Source of the DNA: Methylorubrum extorquens
GTDB lineage: Bacteria > Pseudomonadota > Alphaproteobacteria > Rhizobiales > Beijerinckiaceae
NCBI GenBank assembly: GCA_900234795.1
Contig: LT962688.1
Coordinates: 5,250,001 to 5,282,000 of the forward strand
DNA length: 32,000 nucleotides
Reading direction: 5' to 3'
Shown in pieces: positions 19,314 through 23,956 of the stretch (position 1 is the stretch's first letter; each line of letters begins with the position of its first letter). The position numbers were made by a program, and so were the translations under genes. The notes under the pieces are model-generated. The model saw nothing but the letters and a program-made list of their open reading frames with translations, was not told the origin of the DNA and searched no databases.

Positions 19314-19372
19314 CGATGCTACGTTTGCATCGTCTTTGTCCGAAAGCCGGTGACGACCTTTCGGGCTGATGC
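19314..19372. repeat. Palindromic intergenic element, copy B (spacer upstream of the DUF1217 gene)
   Basis: GCATCGTCTTTGTCCGAAAGCCGGTGACGACCTTTCGGGCTGATGC (19327-19372) has the same inner stem CCGAAAG/CTTTCGG. An extra upstream arm CGATGC (19314-19319) can pair alternatively with GCATCG (19327-19332). Confidence 0.65.
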
Positions 19373-19420
19373 TTAGGGCGGCTCCCTTGTCCCAGGCTTG
19401 CCCGTCTCCGGCCGGTCGCG

Positions 19421-19990
19421 TCACGGCGCCACCGGGCCGATGATCGTCTCGGTGGTGATCACGACCCAGCCCGCGCCGGTTCGGCGGATCGACAGGACGC
19501 GGCCCGCACCGGGCAGCACGCTGCCGAGCGCGGCGGTGCGCTGTCCCTCCTGGTTCTCCAAGGTCGCGATCCCGTCGGCGACCCCGCGCAGGGCGTAGGC
19601 GCCCGCGGGCGGCAGGACCGGCGACTCCGCCGGGCCTTGAAGGCCTGCGGCTGCCGCCACGGGCCGGTCGGGCAGTGAGCCGGTGGTGACGGGATCGAAA
19701 TCGGGGTCGGCCAAGCGCCCCTGCGCCACGGTCTTCTTCCAGGTGAAGGGCGCGGTGCCGGCGGGCAGCACCGCCTGCACCGCATATTCATGCGTTCCGG
19801 TCGCGATGGCGTAGCCGGCGAATCCGCTGGCGGTCAGGGCGAGCAGGACGAGGCCGGCCAGCACCGTGCGTTCGCCGGCCGCCTCGCGGGCACGGCGGGC
19901 CGCGATGCTGCCCGCTACCGGCCGCGCCGGCAGGCTCGCGGCGCGTGAGGCGGTGCCGAGGGACGATCGCCGTGCAGAATCGGACGTCAT
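19421..19990 (-). CDS. Single-pass membrane protein of unknown function heading the flgF-fliI string
   Basis: 189 aa. Basic N-terminus, one TM helix (VLAGLVLLALTASGFAGYAIA), Pro-rich linker, and a C-terminal beta-rich module YALRGVADGIATLENQEGQRTAALGSVLPGAGRVLSIRRTGAGWVVITTETIIGP. Third-position G+C is high, as in the neighbours. The SD is poor. Confidence 0.55.
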   Translation of the reverse strand: MTSDSARRSSLGTASRAASLPARPVAGSIAARRAREAAGERTVLAGLVLLALTASGFAGYAIATGTHEYAVQAVLPAGTAPFTWKKTVAQGRLADPDFDPVTTGSLPDRPVAAAAGLQGPAESPVLPPAGAYALRGVADGIATLENQEGQRTAALGSVLPGAGRVLSIRRTGAGWVVITTETIIGPVAP

Positions 19991-20092
19991 GGAGGTCTCG
20001 ACAGGTGATCCCGGTGCGCCGCGCGATCCGTCTTCGCGGCGCGTGCCCCGGGGGCGAACGCGTCATCCTTCATGATCCGTCTACAAATATGC

Positions 20093-20108
20093 TTGACATC
20101 CGGTTAAC
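20093..20108 (+). promoter_or_regulatory. One-mismatch CtrA-like box in the divergent spacer between the flagellar operon and the PilZ gene
   Basis: TTGACATCCGGTTAAC = TTGA-N7-TTAAC. Its 3' end overlaps another ACGATGC motif (20107-20113). It lies 85-100 nt upstream of the PilZ ATG. Confidence 0.25.
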
Positions 20109-20192
20109 GATGCCGCGCGAAGGGGCGTCCCATCTCATCGACAGCACCGCGGGCGGTCGTTAAGCCGAAGGAGAGGGCGCCGGGGAGCGAGC

Positions 20193-20492
20193 ATGGCCGA
20201 TCCGCGGGAAAGTGTTTCGCCGGAATCCGCAGCGCCCGTCGAACGGGCTGGCAAGCGTCACCGCGTCGTCCAGCAGGGCCGCATCGTCCTCGGCCCCGAA
20301 CGCCTGATCGCCTGCACCGTGCGCGATCTCTCGCGCCGCGGCGCCAAGATCCGCGTCGCCCCCGAGCATGTCCTGCCGGAGACGTTTTCCCTCGTGATCG
20401 CCGCGCATGACCTGCGCACGATGACCGCCCGGCTGTGCTGGCGCCGCGGAGACTTCGCGGGTGTTGTCTTCGAGGGCGAGCCGGTCGTTTAG
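20193..20492 (+). CDS. Stand-alone PilZ domain protein (putative c-di-GMP receptor, DgrA-like size)
   Basis: 99 aa. RxxxR motif (RAGKR in VERAGKRHRV), then DxSxxG (DLSRRG in TVRDLSRRGAKIRV) about 25 residues later. GGGGAG SD upstream of the ATG. Confidence 0.75.
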   Translation: MADPRESVSPESAAPVERAGKRHRVVQQGRIVLGPERLIACTVRDLSRRGAKIRVAPEHVLPETFSLVIAAHDLRTMTARLCWRRGDFAGVVFEGEPVV

Positions 20493-20601
20493 AGCGCCGC
20501 CCGGCGAAGTGGTCGCCGGTTCGTCGAACGGATTCGCGAAAAAACGAAGACCGAGAGACGCGGGCCCGATCTTGTCTTGTCGGGTGCAGCTCTTGGAAAA
20601 A

Positions 20602-20799
20602 GACGATGCAACGGCAAGAGCTTGCCCCGCATCGTCCCGGATCCAATCATCAGGACGATGCCTGAGCGGCTTCTCCACAGAAGCGCGGCCGGCCTGTGGA
20701 GAGCAGGGGGCGGGACGATGCGGGACAGGCTCGCTTAATCGCTTCGTAACGCGCGACCGCCATTGTCGGTCCATCGAAAGGCGCCTTCCGCAACGATGC
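20602..20799. promoter_or_regulatory. Cluster of (G)GACGATGC motifs in the PilZ-flagellin spacer
   Basis: ACGATGC on the plus strand at 20603, 20655, 20715 and 20793, with a reverse copy GCATCGT at 20629. There is a 13-bp inverted repeat CCCGCATCGTCCC (20626-20638) / GGGACGATGCGGG (20712-24). Confidence 0.4.
20735..20750 (+). promoter_or_regulatory. One-mismatch CtrA-like box upstream of flagellin
   Basis: TTAATCGCTTCGTAAC = TTAA-N7-GTAAC, about 265 nt upstream of the flagellin start. I found no convincing -10 element at the right distance. Confidence 0.2.
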
Positions 20800-20828
20800 G
20801 GAGCGGCCTTCGAGAAGAGGCCAGCGGG

Positions 20829-21014
20829 TGAACCCTCCAACGGGTTCATGGACATGATGTCGGTCCGTTGATCCGGTGCGAGTCCGGAGGTGTGATGCGC
20901 GGCGAAACGAGCCCTCAGGGGCTTGCCGCGGCCCTCTCGATAGGGCCGTGCGGCCGCACCGGTGCGAGTCCGGTCCTAAGAACCGTCCCCCCTCTTTTTC
21001 CGGAAGTCTGATCC
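20829..21014 (+). promoter_or_regulatory. Structured flagellin-proximal leader with duplicated 15-mer hairpin
   Basis: CCGGTGCGAGTCCGG occurs at 20873-20887 and again at 20959-20973. Further hairpins lie at 20829-20848, 20910-20923 and 20927-20950, and a 12-nt palindrome GTGCGGCCGCAC at 20948-20959. A C/U-rich tract and GGAAG precede the GTG start. Confidence 0.4.
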
Positions 21015-22772
21015 GTGACCAGCCTGCTCACCAACATATCCGCCATGACGGCGCTGACGACGCTCAAGGGCATCAACAGCCAGCTCGACGCCACCTCCAA
21101 CCGCGTCTCGACCGGCCAGCGCGTCTCGACCGCCTCCGACAACGCCGCCTACTGGTCGATCGCCACCACGGTGCGCACCGACAACGCCTCCCTCTCGGCC
21201 GTGAAGGACTCGCTCGGCCTCGGCTCCTCGGCAGTCGACACCGCCTACAATGGCCTCAACTCGGTCCTGTCCGACCTGCAGAACCTGCGCGCCAAGCTGC
21301 AGACCGCGCTTCAGCCGGGCGTCGACCGGAACAAGGTCCAGACCGAGATCAAGGCCATTCAGGACAAGATGAAGGCCACCTCCGATTCCTCGACCTCCTC
21401 GGGCCAGAACTGGCTCTCCGTCAATTCCTCCCCCACCAACACCGGCTACCAGGCGACCCAGAACGTCGTCGCCGGCTTCTCTCGCGACACGACGGGCACC
21501 GTCGGCTTCTCGATGATCGGCATCGACGTCAACGCGATCAAGCTCTACGACGTCGCAACCTCGACCGTGAACACCGCCGCGACCGAAGGTAAGGTCACCG
21601 GCGCCCAGTCGCTCACCGGCACCTCGGCGTTCTCCCCGGGCGGTGTCGTCGACTTCGCCGCCGTCACCGCCGGTAAGTCGAAGCAGGTCTCCTTCACCGT
21701 CACGCTCGGTACCGGCGCCAGCGTCGACATCGTCCTCGACAAGAAGACCATGATGTCGGCCGCCAAGGATCTGACCAAGGTCACGACCGACGAGTTCCTG
21801 AGCGCGGTCAACAATCAGATCGCCGCAAGCACGACGATGGCTGGGAAGGTGACGGCGAGCCTGGACACGGCGGGCCGCCTGTCGTTCCAGACGGCGGCGA
21901 CCGGCTCGGGCACCGATGCCCAGGTCTCGGTGACGAACAACGCGGTCTCCAACGGCAAATTCGCCGCGGCGGATGTTGGTTTCGGCACCTTCTCCGGCTT
22001 CATGACGGGGACGGCCTTCACGGCGATGGACGTGACGACCGCCAAGGTCCTGACCGTCAACGACGGCGCCGGCGTCAAGACGGTCACCCTCAACGCTGCA
22101 TCCTTCTCCGCGCTCGGAGCCGATGCGACCTCGGCCGCCAACACGGCCGTCAACGGTGACGACGTCGCCGCGATGATCAACGCCCAGCTGAAGACGGCAG
22201 GCAGCAAGGCGCGGGTTTCCTTCGCCGGCGGTGCCCTCTCGTTCGGTTCCAACGCCGGCGGCTCGACCACGATCACGCTGAACGGCGCGGATGTCGCCGG
22301 CTTCGGCTTCACCGCCGCCGACTCCACCACCGGCACCAGCGGCTTCACCGGCAAGGGCACGGCCGCAGGCACGACCAACGCCAAGGGTATCCTCGACACG
22401 GTCGATGCGACGACGACCTTCTCGATCGGCGAAATCGGCACCGGCGGCACGGGCATCAACATTGCCGGCCTCGTCGGGACCACCGGCGACACGACCCTCA
22501 AGAACATCATCACCCAGGTCGAGAAGGCCATCGCTTCGGTGACCAACGCCGGCACCAAGCTCGGCGCCAACAAGACCCAGATCGACGGCCAGAAGACCTT
22601 CGTCGACACCCTGATGAAGGCCAACGACCGCACCATCGGCACCCTGGTCGATGCCGACATCGAGGAAGAGTCGACCAAGCTGAAGGCGCTCCAGACGCAG
22701 CAGCAGCTCGCTGTGCAGGCGCTCTCGATCGCCAACTCGGGCAGCCAGAACGTGCTGTCGCTGTTCCGCTAA
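21015..22772 (+). CDS. fliC: Flagellin (large, 585 aa, with expanded central domain)
   Basis: GTG start gives the canonical MTSLLTNISAMTALTTLKGINSQLDATSNRVSTGQRVSTASDNAAYWSIA. C-terminus TKLKALQTQQQLAVQALSIANSGSQNVLSLFR. The central region of about 330 aa is Thr/Ala/Gly/Ser-rich and has two Flagellin_IN-like modules. Confidence 0.95.
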   Translation: MTSLLTNISAMTALTTLKGINSQLDATSNRVSTGQRVSTASDNAAYWSIATTVRTDNASLSAVKDSLGLGSSAVDTAYNGLNSVLSDLQNLRAKLQTALQPGVDRNKVQTEIKAIQDKMKATSDSSTSSGQNWLSVNSSPTNTGYQATQNVVAGFSRDTTGTVGFSMIGIDVNAIKLYDVATSTVNTAATEGKVTGAQSLTGTSAFSPGGVVDFAAVTAGKSKQVSFTVTLGTGASVDIVLDKKTMMSAAKDLTKVTTDEFLSAVNNQIAASTTMAGKVTASLDTAGRLSFQTAATGSGTDAQVSVTNNAVSNGKFAAADVGFGTFSGFMTGTAFTAMDVTTAKVLTVNDGAGVKTVTLNAASFSALGADATSAANTAVNGDDVAAMINAQLKTAGSKARVSFAGGALSFGSNAGGSTTITLNGADVAGFGFTAADSTTGTSGFTGKGTAAGTTNAKGILDTVDATTTFSIGEIGTGGTGINIAGLVGTTGDTTLKNIITQVEKAIASVTNAGTKLGANKTQIDGQKTFVDTLMKANDRTIGTLVDADIEEESTKLKALQTQQQLAVQALSIANSGSQNVLSLFR

Positions 22773-22781
22773 GCCGAGACG

Positions 22782-22805
22782 CCCCAGCCGCTCGCGCGGC
22801 TGGGG
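22782..22805 (+). terminator. GC-rich hairpin 10 nt after the flagellin stop (no U-run)
   Basis: CCCCAGCCGC (22782-22791), loop TCGC, GCGGCTGGGG (22796-22805): a 10-bp perfect stem. It may act together with the downstream terminator or stabilise the mRNA 3' end. Confidence 0.4.
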
Positions 22806-22821
22806 CACTTGCCGGAATAGG

Positions 22822-22856
22822 AAAAGGCCGCGCTCTCACCGGGCGCGGCCTTTTTC
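22822..22856. terminator. Bidirectional rho-independent terminator between convergent flagellin and ftcR
   Basis: GGCCGCGC (22826-22833) pairs with GCGCGGCC (22843-22850). AAAA precedes the stem and TTTTT (22851-22855) follows it. Confidence 0.75.
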
Positions 22857-22891
22857 ATTGAGGGATCGTAGTGGGATCGTGTGCGGCTTCT

Positions 22892-23572
22892 TCAGCCGAC
22901 GAAGGTGTAGCCCGCCATCCGCTTGGCCTCGATCGGGTCGTAGCCGAGGCGCATCCGCAGCTTCTTGCGCAGCTTGCTGATGTGGCCCTCCACCACGCTC
23001 TCCTCGACGCTGGTGTCGAGGTCGCCGTAGACCGCCGTGAAGATCTGGCCCTTGGTCACCTGCCGGCCGCGGTTCTTCGAGAGATATTCGAGGATGTGGC
23101 GCTCGCGCCGGGGCAGGATCAGGCAGGCGCCGTCGATCTCCGGGTCGCGGCCGTCGGTGTAGACCTTCAGGCGGCCCGCCCGGTCGGGGGCCGGCGCCGG
23201 CTCGACGCCCCGGCCGGTCCGGCGACGGATCGCGGTGGCGCGGGCGATGATCTCGCGGACATGGACGGGCTTGCGCACCACGTCGTCGATGCCGACGGTG
23301 AACAGTGCCAGGGTCTGCTCCAGGGAGCGGGTCTCGTTGAGGGCGATGATCGGCGCCCGGCTGAGCGAGCGGATCGCTACGGTGCAGGAGGCGCGGTCGG
23401 CGCAATCCCCGATCAGGAAGCCGTCGATCGCCTCGACGTCGATCCGCGGCGCGGCGTCGAGCCAATCCCTCATGGACCCGATGGCCAACCCTTGCGCCTC
23501 CACGCCCTCCGCGCCGAACCCGGCGACGTAGTGGTCGGTCACGCTCTGCCGCTCGTCGACAACGATGTACAT
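22892..23572 (-). CDS. ftcR: FtcR-like orphan OmpR-family response regulator (flagellar master regulator type)
   Basis: 226 aa. N-terminus MYIVVDERQSVTDHYVAGFGAEGVEAQG resembles Brucella FtcR as I remember it. C-terminal winged-helix PRRERHILEYLSKNRGRQVTKGQIF...EGHISKLRKKL...GYTFVG. No kinase gene is adjacent, and it is convergent with flagellin as in Brucella-type loci. Confidence 0.8.
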   Translation of the reverse strand: MYIVVDERQSVTDHYVAGFGAEGVEAQGLAIGSMRDWLDAAPRIDVEAIDGFLIGDCADRASCTVAIRSLSRAPIIALNETRSLEQTLALFTVGIDDVVRKPVHVREIIARATAIRRRTGRGVEPAPAPDRAGRLKVYTDGRDPEIDGACLILPRRERHILEYLSKNRGRQVTKGQIFTAVYGDLDTSVEESVVEGHISKLRKKLRMRLGYDPIEAKRMAGYTFVG

Positions 23573-23575
23573 CGT
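23562..23575. other. 14-bp perfect palindrome spanning the ftcR start codon
   Basis: ACGATGTACATCGT. The ftcR ATG is the complement of 23570-23572. The half-site ACGATG is the core of the motif family seen upstream of flagellin. Confidence 0.6.
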
Positions 23576-23736
23576 CTGTGCTCGAAGATGTGCACGGTCA
23601 TTGCGTCAGACACGAGTGTCACTCGCGCGCCGCCATGGCCGATTGAATTGTTGAGGGCTGTCGAATGCTTTTGGACCGCGGTTCGGGAGCGCTTTTGCGG
23701 GACGCTCCTGTTTGCCGCTTCCTCCATCATTTGACG

Positions 23737-23775
23737 GATTTAGCTTTTTGGTTGGAATGGTTAACAGTGCGTTAA
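23737..23775 (-). promoter_or_regulatory. Perfect CtrA box plus Caulobacter-type -10 element upstream of ftcR
   Basis: The minus strand reads TTAACGCACTGTTAAC (plus-strand coordinates 23760-23775), i.e. TTAA-N7-TTAAC, followed after 15 nt by GCTAAATC (23737-23744), which fits GCTANAWC. The site is about 165-205 nt upstream of the ftcR ATG. Confidence 0.5.
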
Positions 23776-23956
23776 GGCCAAGCTCGCGCTTCATCCCGCG
23801 TTAGGAGTTTGATCATTTCGCACCTGCAAACGTGACAGATGCGCCACAGTGGGGAGGGGCGACCCGGCGCTCGCCCACGCCTTTCCGCCGGGGTGGCCTT
23901 GACCCCGGCTCCGCCGCGGGTTCGAACGCGGCCTCGGCACCGCCACGAGGAATCCC

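Noticed and set aside
20011-20018. A third CCGGTGCG copy near the divergent promoter as part of the 15-mer family
   Set aside because: Only the GC-rich 8-mer is shared, and the same 8-mer also occurs inside coding DNA (for example near 28446). It is not distinguishable from chance in this base composition.
20461-20871. 136-aa plus ORF, and the 231-aa and 180-aa minus ORFs (20160-20855, 20104-20646), in the PilZ-flagellin spacer
   Set aside because: Their composition is Arg/Cys/Ser-rich and non-protein-like, with no SD. The minus ORFs overlap the well-supported PilZ gene. I treat the region as non-coding regulatory DNA.
20848-20871. 8-codon uORF (MDMMSVR) in the flagellin leader
   Set aside because: It has no recognisable SD at a suitable distance, and its ATG lies inside a hairpin arm. 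It is mentioned in a finding but not called as a feature.
20873-20973. Cobalamin-riboswitch-like string GGTGCGAGTCCGG (resembles the GGTGxGAATCC core)
   Set aside because: The other hallmarks of the B12 element are absent: no GCCACTG B12 box and no GGGAA junction. The context upstream of flagellin makes no sense for a B12 riboswitch. I also found no GEMM-I/II c-di-GMP riboswitch features.
10646-20973. The repeated 46-mers and 15-mers considered as a CRISPR array or MITE
   Set aside because: There are only two copies of each, kilobases or 86 nt apart, with no regular repeat-spacer periodicity, no cas genes, and no terminal inverted repeats with target-site duplications.
20976-22808. 610-aa minus-strand ORF antisense to flagellin (and 21815-22735 -)
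   Set aside because: It is a low-complexity Gly/Arg/Asp-rich translation. The plus strand gives canonical flagellin N- and C-termini.
23914-23931. tRNA T-arm-like CCGCG-GGTTCGAA-CGCGG upstream of the aminotransferase
   Set aside because: The loop is 8 nt rather than 7. There is no matching acceptor stem, D-arm or anticodon arm in the preceding 70 nt, and no CCA context. It is probably just a GC-rich leader hairpin.
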